A stretch of 64,000 nt of DNA from Azolla caroliniana (lineage: Eukaryota > Plantae > Polypodiophyta), in NCBI GenBank assembly GCA_043228905.1, contig JBHGNT010000008.1, forward strand, positions 6,014,001-6,078,000, given 5' to 3'. The translations under genes were made by a program, and so were the position numbers. The notes under the pieces were generated by a model. It saw nothing but the letters and a program-made list of their open reading frames with translations. It did no database searches and had not been told where the DNA came from. Shown in pieces: positions 36,900 to 50,514 of the stretch. Position 1 is the first letter of the stretch. Each line of letters starts with the position of its first letter.

Positions 36900-39560
36900 G
36901 GCTGTGAACATCAATAAACTTAAAATATTAAGAGAGACAGTTTTGATCTCTTTTTCATTTTAGAAAACCCTCTTTTGGATGCAAGTAATGTAAGTGGCAA
37001 AACAAAGACCACCCTCCAAATTTTCAATATCCAAAGAGACAATTGTGACCATCCCTCATGAACTCGATTATCTTTCCATGACTCACACATGTTTTTATCT
37101 CTAGAATAATTTCTCATCCCCATAATAAAATATTGTTTTTCTCCTTTCCATTCTTCGTGATTAATCAATGCACATGGATCCTTCCTAAAATGATTGCATA
37201 ACACTTATAATCACTCTCATGTACATGCAAATGATTTGTTCAGATGTTTGTCATAATACTTTGGACAAAGAGCTATGATGCAAATGGATCATGTAAGCAT
37301 TTTCCATGATACACATTTTATAAATATTAACTTCATCACCTTTATACATTGAACCCAAATGTAGATCATGATGTTTGCGTAAGATGCCTCCAATATTAAT
37401 AGAACTCATGAACCCATTCTTAGTAAGTACATTTCCCATGAAAGATTCAATATGACATGCATTATCAATGTAATGCTATGGAATGACACATGGATAGTTT
37501 CATTAGTTGTTTTTGAGATGTTCTCTAGCGCTAATTATGTTTGAACATGCCTTAAATTTTCTATTAGCAAAAAACAACAATACTTCAATTGCTTATAGGA
37601 TAAATTATTCAATTTTCCAATATTAATTAAAAATTTAATTTCATCGTACACTTGTAGGGTTGAGGAGAGCTTATGACTTATGAAAGAATAAAATGTTTGG
37701 TATATATCCCATATATTTTTTATGTTGCTATATGATTTTCAATCATGAGAATTATCCATGTTAGTAGATACTAGCGAAAAACCTACATTGTTGATTATAA
37801 TCATTATGCATATACCATATTGTTTATGCCATACGTTATGTTTTGGATGGGCACTTTACAAAGTGGCTTGTCTTTAGACAAACAACTTTCTATGCTATAT
37901 ATTTTTCAATAAAGCATCCATGTGAATTGATATTAAATACAAACCTATATTGTAGATTCTGATCATTGTATAATTATGCATATATGTTATGTTATGTTTT
38001 GGATGAGTACTTTAGAAAGTGGCTTGTCTATGGATAGGAGACATTTTCTCCTATCCATGTTGATGGGTAAATGTCATGTGACATCATGTGAAAGGCCTTG
38101 GAAAAAGGCAACGGCCATGAAAACCTACCATTGGTTGTGAATAAATTGTAATTGTGAAATGTTGTATGACTTATCAAACACAAACATGCAACTTTGAATT
38201 TTAATTTAATTGTTCTTAGTGATGCCCCCAACTTGTCTATCAACAATGACAAATCCAATGCGACTTAGCACCCTTCCTCCACACAAAGCAATGCGATAGT
38301 AGGCCCATACATGGGTGGAGGCTAACATGAAAACCACCTCCTGTATAGCCATTGACAAACCTCCATTGTAGAAAATGAGCAAGCAAAACCATATCCTAGA
38401 GCTCTGCAAGGTCCCCATCATGTTGGACTTGCCAACTACCAGCTAACACTTGATGTTGTGTTCATGCACAACTTAAGTGATTCACATAGGTGCTACAACT
38501 TACCCCAAATAGTTGTGCCTGTGAATGTCATTTTCACAAACTCCACCATCAATCACCAAATCTAGACAAACACTTTTTTATACCAAACCTCTAGATCAAT
38601 GGATTTGATATCCCCAAGTTCAAGATGGACGATTGATCAAGCATCAACATAATTGGGGAACACACATGTCAACGATTACATTTGACATCGTGTATAGATA
38701 ATACCACAAAAACATAGATCCAAGCCTTGGTATATATGCATGTTAACTATGGATGCAAGTATAAATACATGTAGAAACGATCAAGCACATCTAGAAGTTG
38801 CAAGTATAAACACGTGCTAGATCATTTGTTAATAAAGATTGTCCATTTGTATGTTGAGATCTTAAATTATATGCAAAATTTGAACACGCATACAAATATT
38901 TTGCGGTTGACGCATGTGCACACAAACTCATATTTTGAAAGATAATAACAAATGAGCCATGAAACATAGAGCTGTCACAAAGGGACTGGATTCTTAAGTC
39001 TATATGCGAGGTAAGTCGATGCATAAATCCATCACTTCAAGGGTTATTATAATCTCATGGTACATTGCAATAGTTACAAAATCCCTTAAACTCATGAAGT
39101 AGAGCATATTATATTGCTTTAAATCTCATTGTAAGTTGTGATAGATGGAATAGTTGATGAGGCATAACAAGTCGAACTAAATCTTATTTTGCAATGAATC
39201 GTAGAATTATAAATGTCATAAACCAATTTCAACCATTACCAAAAAGAAAAAAAATTACTGTAGTCATGGAACAATTTAAATGGAAAAGTTAGGGTGTGTG
39301 AGATTATTAAACTGGTTTGAAGGAATGCTTCAACAAACACATATGTGCATTCATATTAATCAAAAGACATAAAATGTGGGAGAAGAAGATATACTTATTT
39401 GCAAATTCCCATGACAGACTCTTTCTTGTAGAGGTCATGAATTTCACTTTAGAAAAAGACACGATCACAATCTACGCATTTCCACACCATTTTTCGCATT
39501 CTTGTTGGCAAAAAAAAGAGCTTCTTTCTTGGTTAGCAAAACAAGATCAAATCTGACATT
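36900..39560 (-). mobile_element. Highly degenerate DNA transposon, probably hAT
   Basis: ORF piece 36920-37204 KIWRVVFVLPLTLLASKRGFSKMK resembles the hAT dimerisation motif (LP.S.A..ERGFS.M). The rest is AT-rich decayed coding-like sequence; boundaries approximate. Confidence 0.4.
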
Positions 39561-39740
39561 GTCCAAAATTTACTGCAAATCTATGTGACTATTACATGTA
39601 CAAAGATGATGGCATACAAAAATATAAACACATCGGATAAATGAGGGTGAATGTTTTTCTACCAACTGTGGTTCATAAAATTACGCCATGATGATCTTTT
39701 GTGTACAAGAAGATTCACAGGAAAAATTCTCTATTGTTTA

Positions 39741-42700
39741 CTAACCAATGCTTTTTGCTGATAGCATCCACTCGGCTTGAGATGCCTGGCTGAGAGCTTT
39801 GCCATCTCTGAAGAACCATTTCTCTCCTTCTCGGACAAAATAGCTTCTCTCTGCCAACACCTTCCTCTCACCCCGTCCACCTTTACTCGGCCCATACACA
39901 GCATGGAAAGAAACGGTGGCCTACAAAGCAAATGAGAAATCATCATATCATTCTTCTCGACCAATCAATCAAAATCAATCATAATAAACCATTTCAGTTT
40001 CAACTAGCAAACAAATGGAAGCAAAAAGGCATTCATTGTTCTGACTTACTTCGTTCTCATTAATGATTTGATAGTCCATTATATCAAGGTTATAGAATTT
40101 CAGCTGATTACAAGTTGCTCGTGCATTTTCCTCCAGATCATCTGCCACACAAATGAGCACACCCCACTTCAATGCAGATAAAATATACTCTCATCGTCTT
40201 CCTATGGACTCCATTTACAAACATATGGAAGTTCTGGTATTAATGTGCTGGACTTAACTTATATTGCAATTGCCAAGTAACCAAGATTCTTTTAAAAGCA
40301 TATGTACCTCTAAAGTCTGGATTGTCTGGATGAGTAGATTCCACGATATAACTAACAACCCCTCGTGCATAGGCACTGAAGCGAGTTTCTGCCAAAAGCA
40401 TAGCAACAGATCATAGAATATTAATAAATAAAACCATAATAAGAAAGCAAAAATATAATCTAGGGAGAATGTATTGAAAATCTAGGTCAGATATGTGAAA
40501 GAATCCAAAATCATCTAATAGACACAAAGCTAAAATCCTTAATAGGTGGGTGGAAACTAAAATGATAATCTACCCCATTTGGGTTGAAAAGTCACCTTCA
40601 TTCAGTACCTAGAATCGGTTCATACATTATCTAGTTTTTTGCAACATTTTGGATTTCACATTGTAGATTGGTCGATTGACATTTACAAGGAGAGGGATTT
40701 CATTAGTCCTTGGTGGTCAAATATGATCTATCGGACCAAAAGTGAAACATTTTTACTTAGTATAGGTGGAATTGAGTAGTGACCCTTCATATTCAGGAAG
40801 TTTACTAATAAACTTTACAATCTAGACTGCACGTTGTGATTGTGAGAGGAATGTGTGTAGGGGGTGGACAATGTGTGCACAACAAACTTGAATGTATTCG
40901 ACTGCAGCACATAGTATCAAAGCGTGATACTCTGACTCCCAAACTTGTTCAAGGCAAAATATGCATAGACGAGCCCCTCGCCACTGCCCCAAATACCATA
41001 TCTCACAATCAAAGAAAATGTGAACTACGTTGTATTGAAGCAATAGTACACATGGCAGACGATGCCATGGATCTAGCATGTATCGGTGACTTTAGTTTCC
41101 CCATTCAGAAAAGAAGATGGTTTTGTAGTTTGGTAAATCAAGTGATGATACATTGGCATTGCAAAAGAGTCTCATTCACAAAGGAGCCTATAGACACATC
41201 ATGAAGCAAATGTGATGCATCCCATTTTCCAAACCATTTCTTTGACATATTGTATGAATGCTTTTACTTGCTTCTTGAGTGATTTAAGAAGTCAACGTGA
41301 GGGTTCTTTTAGAACCTTAAGCATGTACTCAATAACCCTTTCTAGGGCCATGGTCTCAATGGGAAGTGATTCAGTCTCAAAAAGTAAGAACATGTAAGAT
41401 GTATTTAGCTTGACTTGAAGAAACTTCATAAGAAAGCGTTTTTGGATAGTTTGAAACTCTTTCTAAGTGGATTTAGGGATGTTACCACCCCATACTTCAA
41501 CCCCATAGAGAAGCACTGACTCTACCAAAATGTCAAAGTGGTTATTTCCTGAGAACCCACCATTTAATTTCTCCAGCATTGCATATTTTCTCCAATGTAT
41601 GGTAAGCCCTCTTTCCCGGTTTTAAGGGCTGGGGTACCACATTCATTTATTTTTTATGATTGACAAGAACATCAAGCCCAATATATTAATAGTGACAGTG
41701 GGCATCCTTGCTTAATATCAATAGTGAGAGAGACTTTTGCAATTTCTATCCTTATTGAAAGCACGGTTTCTATTTGTATTCTGTTGTATTTTGTTGTGTT
41801 TTATTCTTTGTCATAATAGTTTCTGTGTGCATTGCGTTTTATTTTTGCTGTGCGCTCAATATCTACTCTTGCCAATGTGGATTCTTCTCCCTCATCCATG
41901 GTTAACATTATGCTAGTAGCATATAATATTCGAGTGTTTGTAAGGTCAATATGCAAGTTGCAAATGGGATTTATAGGTTTCCAAGATATATATGGTCCTC
42001 TTTCATAGTCTCAAAAGTCATCCCAAACATGATAATCAATCTCTCTTTCTTTCATTTTTGATAAAGGTGTTGTACACTCACATTGCAGCTATACTCAAGT
42101 GGTACCCTATGTTTATTCACCTGAATAACTGGGTTCAATTTTCTCTAGTTTACTAGATAACCTTGCAGAATGTAAGAGTTGCATACATGAGCTTATTGGC
42201 TCCACTTTACAACCTCACCATTTGAGCCACATCAGCCACATGATCGGTCTTCCTCTTTCTCTAAGAGTTTTTTTACTTGTTTGTATTTTCCATGAGATGG
42301 ATTCTTTATTCCATGAATAGATCCTCTCTCTGTGTGTCTCTAAAAGATATTGGAATACCACATAATTGAAGGCTTACCACATAGAAAAATCACAAAAAGC
42401 TAATTTCTTTCAGTTTGGTCCAAGAAAATGGTTTGCAAAATGGCATGCTGAAAACAATATTTGGATGTGCATGGAGAGGAAAGGAAAGGAACATGGGAAT
42501 GTGAGTTCATGGTTTACTCAGCCATTGGAAGCTCACCACACAAAATGAAGAGCTGCGCTGCATAGATCTACGCTTGAAATACTATTGCAACCATATTAAT
42601 ACTCAGTATTGGGAAAATTATCAAGGGAGTCTAGGTGATGCTCAATCTCACATCCAAATATACATGCACAAAGTGAGTGTGATGTGCCATCACACTGATG

Positions 42701-43323
42701 CAGATATGCTCACACATTAAAAAATAGAAGCTAGGGTTCGCTGAGATTTGGGCAAAAAAAGAGAATTTGTCACATCTTTTTCCTCAACACACCATAAACA
42801 GAAGAACGTGTCAATTTGGAATGTCTCACATAAGAGGAAATCAGACATGATTGTCAAGAGTTTTGCAAGGTCATAGTAGCTTTGAAGAACTCCTAATGAG
42901 AATTGAACCATAACCACAGATACTCGGCATGCTTTTTGCTTGTTTATTCAACCACAAAACCAAAATCTTGGAAGATCAAAACAGTGAAATTCGGCAACTA
43001 ACTTTTTCTTTGTGTCTTAGAATTTTGAGATCCCCCATCTACACGACTGGGAATCTAATTTGTAATGAATGTTGGTTCCATGGATCATGGTACTTTGAGT
43101 TGTGCAGAATGTATGGGCTGAATGCAGGACCTTTTGGTTTCCACAGGACAACCTTGCCAAATGTAGCTTTACAAACAAATCATATCATCCATCTACTCTC
43201 TCAATTATAACATTCTTTAGTAAAATTCTTGAACGCTGAGAGTCGTTGATCATGGGAAAAACACTACTTCAAAATGTTTCATTTTGGTTCCACATGTGGA
43301 AGCTAATAAAATCTATCTATCTC

Positions 43324-43367
<44 letters not shown>

Positions 43368-43833
43368 TCTCTCTCTCTCTCTTTCACTTAAAATCAATGA
43401 GAATAAGAATAAATTTATACTTACTCATAAGTGTGAGGGCATCTGGTGCAATTTCCATTCCTTTGTGGTAAGGCAAGCAGCATTCGCCATAGCTGAGCAT
43501 ACGCTCACCTCCACCACAAGGGCATATAGAAGCTTCTTCATCAACACTTTCACTTTCACCTCCGCTTTCTTTAGATACATCCTTCCCAATCTTCTTCTTC
43601 GTCTTCTTCTGCATAACTGGAGCTCCAAACCCTTTGGTTTTGAGAACCAAAGGTGAGGGTCCATTATTGTTGCTGTTATTTGATTTCTCTTTACCTTTTA
43701 CCTGTGGTTTGTTGCTGAGAGCCTCTCCAAATCCTTTTCCTGAGGCTACACAGGTAGGAGGAGGAGAAACAGAGCATCGAGCTACTGAAGACGAAGGTGA
43801 GCAGGGCAAAGGTATGGTGAGCATCATCACCAT
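39741..43833 (-). CDS. YchJ/UPF0225-like SEC-C motif protein with predicted plastid transit peptide (253 aa)
   Basis: Exons 43833-43425, 40388-40308, 40141-40050 and 39920-39741 join in frame: CPCGGGERMLSYGECCLPYHKG..APDALTLMKTRFSAYARGVVSYIVESTHPD...ATVSFHA...LAERSYFVREGEKWFFRDG. Ser/Pro-rich N-terminus with KGFG motifs. Confidence 0.88.
40820..41620 (-). mobile_element. Decayed RTE/RTEX-like LINE 3' fragment in an intron
   Basis: GQWRGARLCIFCLEQVWESEYHALILC zinc-finger-like motif, similar to the C-terminus of the LINE at 45976-46902. Confidence 0.65.
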
Positions 43834-43844
43834 AGCTTCCAAAT

Positions 43845-44160
43845 ATGTATGTATGTATGTTATGTTATGTTATGCATGCATGCATGCATGCATTATATCA
43901 GTATGTATGTATGTATGTATGTATGTATGTATGTATGTATGTATTGTAAATTTGTAGGGAAAAGTACCAGGGGTAGTTTGGTAAATTTGGAACTTCCAGG
44001 GGGCATTCTGGTAAATAGACGAGCTTCCAAGGGTATCCTGGTACTTTTCCCAAATTTGTATGTATGTATGTATGCATCATGCATGCATGTATTGTATGTA
44101 TGTATGTATGTATTGTATGTGTGTATGTATGCATGTATGCATGTATTGTATGTATGTATG
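43845..44160. repeat. (TATG)n microsatellite block
   Basis: TATG/ATGC tracts directly upstream of the YchJ-like gene. Confidence 0.9.
43957..44051. mobile_element. Mutator-like MITE, internally deleted (95 bp)
   Basis: TIRs GGGAAAAGTACCAGG...CCTGGTACTTTTCCC; exact 9-bp TSD AAATTTGTA. Confidence 0.92.
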
Positions 44161-45212
44161 AATACAGTCTTTTCATGTCATCTCTATGACATCTCTGTAT
44201 ATTAGTATGTAAATATCTTTGCTTCACAAGTGGTTATCCCTGGTAGGGCCCAATTTATTATAGTCCAAGAATGAGGGATTACATGGGGACTCTTTGGTGT
44301 ATATGCTCTTAATATACTGGCTTTGTTTGCAAACAATTTTTGGCAAGATTTACTAAATAATTTACCTCCGTTTGACCACTTGTGTATCGTTTGAAGATTT
44401 CAACATGCTTGAGGATCCCATGATTGAATGGGAGGTGGCTCAACTACGATACATGGACATGAACTGGCAATCTGGGAACAACAATTAGTGTTTTCCTTAC
44501 AAATGTTAGATGCTTGGCATGGTCCTTCGTTGGTTCATACAGAATCTTCACTCCTTTTTCCACTATCAGATAGGCATTTAAATGGCACCAATTTATTTCG
44601 CTTTGATAAATTCTATGTATCCAGCAAGATTCTTTCTTCATCTACTAGCACAATACATATAATGTCGGGAACTACCTTTTCAGAGATCATGCTTCGGTTA
44701 TATCCTTTCCATATCGAATCAATGTTTTCAAGACTTTTCTATTCTAAAGATTCCGGAAATTTTGTTGTTAGACAATAGCTTTTCATTGCAAGTGGCTAGA
44801 TTATGGTCTCAAAAAAATGTTTTACAAGACTCAATGGCCATGAGGGTAGCTAATGGCTTACAAGAAAACTCATAATTTTTCTGACGTAAATCTAAGGAAA
44901 GGTTTTGTATGCTTCAGCAACAGGAGAAATGGTGTCATACTTTTCTAATTTCTTTAGAGTGGTTACAAAAACGTTATCCACTTTGTGTTTGGATCGTTGA
45001 GCAACTTGGAACAGCAAGTCAAAACAAGAACTTGCTATACTTCTAGAAAAGCGAGCAGAATTTCATTATTGTCAAATGGCATCTAAGGGGACCCAAATGG
45101 GAGATAAAAACACATCTGAATTTTTTCATGCAATCATGCCCCATCATAATGTGGTTTGAATCAAACATTTACAACATGAGAATGGGTCCATCTCATTACA
45201 CCCACATGCGAT

Positions 45213-48200
45213 GAGAAAGAAAGAAAGAAAAGAAAGATATATTAACGTCTTCTAAGACCAAAATTGGCCCATGAGACAATTGCTTTACAACGAAAATGGC
45301 GTATTTACCCATTCATCGAAAGTAAAAATAAAAAATAAAATAAAGGGAAAAGTACCAGGATACCCCTGGAAGTTCGTCTATTTACCAGAATGCCCCTGGA
45401 AGTTCTAATTTTACCAAACTACCCCTATGTCCAGAAAATTACACTTTATAAAGTAATTATACACTCAAATCTTTGGTAAATAGGGCTTGTAGATTTGAGT
45501 GTATAATTACTTTATAAAGTGTAATTTTCTGGACATAGAGGTAGTTTGGTAAATTTGGAACTTCTCGGGGCATTCTAGTAAATAGACGAACTTCTAGGGG
45601 TATCCTGGTACTTTTCCCTAAAATAAAATACAATAAAACTTAAGCTAAAGATTTCTAGTAAAAAAACATGTGTTATAAGGAAATGTCTTTATATTAGGCC
45701 GAGTTTCATTTTCATCCAAGTCTCTCGAAAAGAAGCGGGAGGTCAAAGGGTTCCAATGTGGATGCAGCTTGTGGTCCCAATGTAAAAGGTACCCCAACCA
45801 TAGCTTCTAGGCAGTGTAGCTCACGTTCCCTTATCTTCTTAATCGTTTCTACTCCACGTTGAGGAACTTTGAAGCCTAACATCCAAGGACGTTTGGTTGT
45901 TCTTTGCATTTCTGCTTCATCAAGAGAGAGGCCGAGTGGTGTAGGTGTGTCCACATTCATTGTCTCCCCTTGCTCCTAAAAAATTGCATGAGTTACATGT
46001 TGGTGCATACTAAAAGGGTTATGGTTAAGACTTTGTAATTTATTCTCCCTATGTTGTTTTAGATCTAAGATATACCTACCTAGTCTCTTTATATTTGGCG
46101 TATCTAATAGTTTGGAGAGGGTGGGAGAGGGTCCTAGTATGTCTTGGTATTTCACCCTTATCTCAGTATAAGTTGGACACTTGCATGTAAAGTGATACTC
46201 ATCCTCTATCTCTATGTGACATAACCTACATAGCCTTTCCTCTCTAGGAACTCTATTAGCACGACCATTCTCAATCTCAAGTTGGTGAGATGATATCCTA
46301 AGTTGTCCTATGGCCTCCCTTAGTGCATTTGATAAGAATGTATCTAGATATTTTGGTCGTGTAATAAAACCTAACTTAGAGAAGTGTAAGAAGTGTTCCT
46401 TATAGTACAACATTTTGGATGGGAGTGGCTCTCGCGGAGTGATCAATTTAAATCGGGTGTAAATTTGCCATATTTCTTGGCGTATTACTTTATTATAGTC
46501 TTCATGAGAGATTAAAGTTTGATGAGTCCCATGGTTGTACTTAAGGGGAGGTAGGTTATTAATGTATATACCATTTGCAAGTAACCAACTCACTACATTG
46601 CTATACCAAGAGCTAGTGTCTCTGGACTCATATACAGATCGGGATGCCTCAAATGCTCGACAAGATATCCTATCTTGTGGTTGGTTATGTATCCGATGAA
46701 TAAAAACTACCACTTGGAAAAGTGCTTCTACTAACATCAAGGGCAAACTGAACTCTACTCTAATAATGTTATGAGGTACTATCGATTTGCTTCGGAGTTG
46801 ACGTGATAACATCATCACCAAAGTTCTCTTTAATTGCATCCACATGACAGATGGTAAACCTGGAGCCCATAATACTAATGCATACATGAGAGAAGGGGTC
46901 ACTAATGAGTCGAAGGGTCATCCCTTAGTATGTAGTTCTTGAAAGTATGTATGGTGGCATTGTCTCTCTAAGAGTGAGAGGGATGCATACCCTCTCGTTA
47001 GCCTATCTTTGGTTGCCTGGGTCATCGAGAATTTACCTAAACAAGTACTAAAAGTGACTCCCAAATATACATATGATCCAACTACGTCAACTGGGTTATG
47101 AGAGAGGATTAAGTGACATTTACTCCTCACTCAAGACAATGTATGAAAGATAAGGACTTTCGTTTTCGCTAGATTCACTACCAGTCCTCGTTGTGTGCAA
47201 AAGTCATCTAGGGCATTGAGATGCTTTTGTAGGTTGTGTTCAGACTCTGAGAGCAAGACAATGTCGTCTGCGTAGAGTAAGAGACTAACTTGCGTACCCC
47301 CAATGGCTACTCTGTTGCCTCCCTTACGAGCAATGAAATCAGTGATTTCATCAATGTAGATCCCAAAAAGAGTCGGTGATAGGGGCCAACCCTGTTTTAC
47401 ACCAGTGGTGCTGGTGAAGCAATCAGATAGGCCACCTAGGCATCTTATGCACCCAGAGACTTGCTCATATAGAGGATAGATGGCCTAGATCATGTCATTT
47501 GGTATCCCCAAGCTTTTAAGCCTATCAAACAACCTCTCCCTAAGAATTGTGTCAAAGGCTTTACGGAAGTCCACAAAGCAACAATATAGTTTCTTCTTGC
47601 AAGCCTTCGTCTGGTCAATTAAGCATCTAAGTGTGAAGATATGGTCAATAGTGGAGAAGGCTTGTCTAAAGCCAACATGCTCAGGTGCTCAAAGACTTAA
47701 GGTTTCCATATAATCGTTGAGCTCTACTTCCATTGTTGCACCATATAGTTTAGTGAGCGTATGACCTATCATAATGGTCCTATATGTATTTGGGTCCATT
47801 GGGTTCCCTCCTTTATGTATAGGGGCCATTGTGGTGGAAAACCCTCAGTGAGGGCATGGTTGAAGATTAGAGTGAGAAAAGGGGCTAGGCACTCTCGAGC
47901 ATATATGATGTGTTCGGCTCGCAATCCTGTGTGGTCCATGGATTTCCTATGTTGTAATCTTTTTATGACCTTTGTGACCCTAGAGGTCATAAAAAGTGTC
48001 CCCATGGTAGGTCAAGGTATGGAAGACATTGGAATGGATGATTGGTTCGGGACATGGTAGAGTCTCTCGATATATGTGTGCCAAATATTGGGATCCTCGA
48101 TGGGTGTTTGTGGTCACAGCTTGCGCAATTCCTACTCATGAGCATATGGTAGAGTTCTCAATATTGGGATGCTTCCCAAGCTCATCTTTTACGACATGTC

Positions 48201-50514
48201 ATCTTGCGCATCTCTTTTCGAGCCTGTACTGAGGAAATAGTACCACTAAGTCACGACACTTTAAGTTGTCTATACAACTCTCTACAATCCTCGCCATGCC
48301 ACTTGTTCTGTGGCATAGACCCTATTCTACTATGATTGGAGTGTTGCATGTATGGGAAGCTACTAATTGCTACTGAGTGAAGGATGTGTGCGAGTTTTGT
48401 AGTGAGGTTCTCTAAAGGCAAGGAAGAATCAAAAGAGGAGAGATGGGCTTGAACATGTCGGGAGTAGATGTCAGCGGGCTCATGCGTGAAATGTATTATG
48501 GTGTGATGGGCTGGTTGACTAGAGTTGGTGGCATGGGAGGTGTCGCATTTTAGCTCAAAGTATAGGAAGCTATGGTCTACACCAATGGGGCATGGGGACA
48601 CCCAGTAGGAGTTAACCATGTGGGTAGCTTCAAGGCGTCCTATTAGGTAATCAATTGTGCTTTCCCCTCCTCCATGTGGGAAACATGTGAGCTCTTCCGA
48701 GCTCGGCCATTTGGCTAAACCATTATATATGATCATCTAGTGTCGGCTTCCAAGTTCAAGCAGATGACGGCCAAAGCTTGTGCGTCTACACCTTGATCTT
48801 TTTATCTACGTGTGATGCATATGGCTAAAGGGTCGACATTCACCATTTCTAGGTTTTTATCCATTTGAAATATTGTGCATTTTTAGGATTGGGTTCTCGC
48901 ATTGAAATCTCCTACGAGGAAGACTTCCCCTTGAGAAGAATATTGGATTATGTCATCCGATAAAGGTTCATATGGAGAAGGCCCATGTGGTGCTCCTTCA
49001 TCAACTATACTCGCCTCTCCAACCATTTTATATTGGGATCCTTTCAGGGGAAGTAACAAACAACGATAAATTTTGCCCGCTAGTGAGGACTTTCACCCAC
49101 ATAAAACAGGCTTCTGGGTCTATCTTTAGTATTTCTATCCTCTTATGTATCTTTCTCCGAAATAGTATTGCAACCCCTCTAGAACCTCTAGTGGTGTGTC
49201 GATGTGAGGTTTTTCTAAAGACAGATTCCCAACAAAAACCTTCAACTCGTGTTAGTCCTCTATTTGGGCTTTGATGTGTTTCTACTAAGAAAAGTATATT
49301 AGATACCTTCAAAATCTCCTCTAGATGGCCAGGGTGTGTCCAAAGTGCACCATTACAATTCCATAAAGTCATCCTAATTTTGTTGTCTGTCACATGGGCC
49401 ACATGTTGTCAGTGGGCAGCACGATCATTTATTATCACTCATCCGTCTCGGTAAAAGGCGTGATGCCCTTCTTTATGAGCTTGTATGACTCACGACATAC
49501 AATTTTTATGGTGCTCAATTTGCATCTTGGTGAGGTCTTCATCTAGGTAGATAGGGTCCCTGCCTAATCCTCGAAGAATTGGTCTCTTCTTAAAAAATAA
49601 GTCTTTAAACTAAAGGACTAAAGCTCTCTTCCTCGTAGTGTCACGTCCAACCCTCCAAGTTTTGGTGATTGGTAGGGCCTCTATATACCCTAACATTTTC
49701 CCGAGTGTTTGTGCATCTTCGTCAAGAGATACGCTTTCCTTGAGCCTACTGACACATACATTTAGGCGTCGAGCTTGATGCATTTTCTCTTCCTCAAGGG
49801 TAGTTTTTACAATATTTTCATCCTTTAGTTCCTTTTTAATGTTGCATTTTACTACATCGACCCAACCGGTTTTCACTAATTCCATGTCACTTCTTACCTC
49901 TTCCTTAACCTTTTTAATCTCGTCCTTAATATCCTCTAGGGAGGATATTTCACCATCTTCCCTAGGGGTCTCGAGGTCGTTAACTTGTTTTTGAAGGTTC
50001 ATGTTTTCTATTTTGAGTTTCGCTATTTCAACTATAAGCATCTCTTTTTCTTCCTTATCTTTTTGCTTCTGAGATTCGATCTATTTTGCCCATTTTTCTA
50101 TTTTAACTAAATGGTTAAAGACATCTAAGAATTATTCCTTACTTATAGTTTCTTCGTGTGTTTCCTTATTGTCTTTAATTCGTTTAGAGGTCATGTTGTA
50201 ATTCAAAAGATAGAAGAATATGAAAAAGACGAAAAGGATAGAAAACTTAGTCGAGCATTGGTGGATGTCTCCGTCATTCACTTCTTGGGCTCGCAATCAA
50301 CCTGCCATGAAAAAAAACCTCGTGTGCCATGTACAAGCGCACTGCATGACAACTTTATCAAGAAGATGCACTCTCTTCTTTACTCGGTCGAGGCGTAGGC
50401 GACAATGGAAGTGACGCAAACGACGGCTATGGCAGTGGCGGTAGACAATGATGACGATGACATCAACGACAACAGACGACGGCAACGGCAACAAAAGAGC
50501 CGTTAGCAGCCATT
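45213..50514 (-). mobile_element. Near full-length RTE/RTEX-like LINE (ORF1 + EN-RT-Zn finger), decayed
   Basis: Coiled-coil ORF1 49610-50041; endonuclease MTLWNCNG and STIDYLI; RT CFVDFRKAFDTI and LLYADDIV (YADD 47263-47274); C-terminus LRISSHQLEIENGR...RLCRLC..EDEYHFTCKCP; (CTTT)n 3' tail at about 45213-45236. Confidence 0.88.
45345..45618. mobile_element. Mutator-like foldback MITE (274 bp)
   Basis: Inverted arms of about 127 bp starting GGGAAAAGTACCAGGATACCCCT around a short loop; exact 9-bp TSD TAAAATAAA. Confidence 0.95.
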
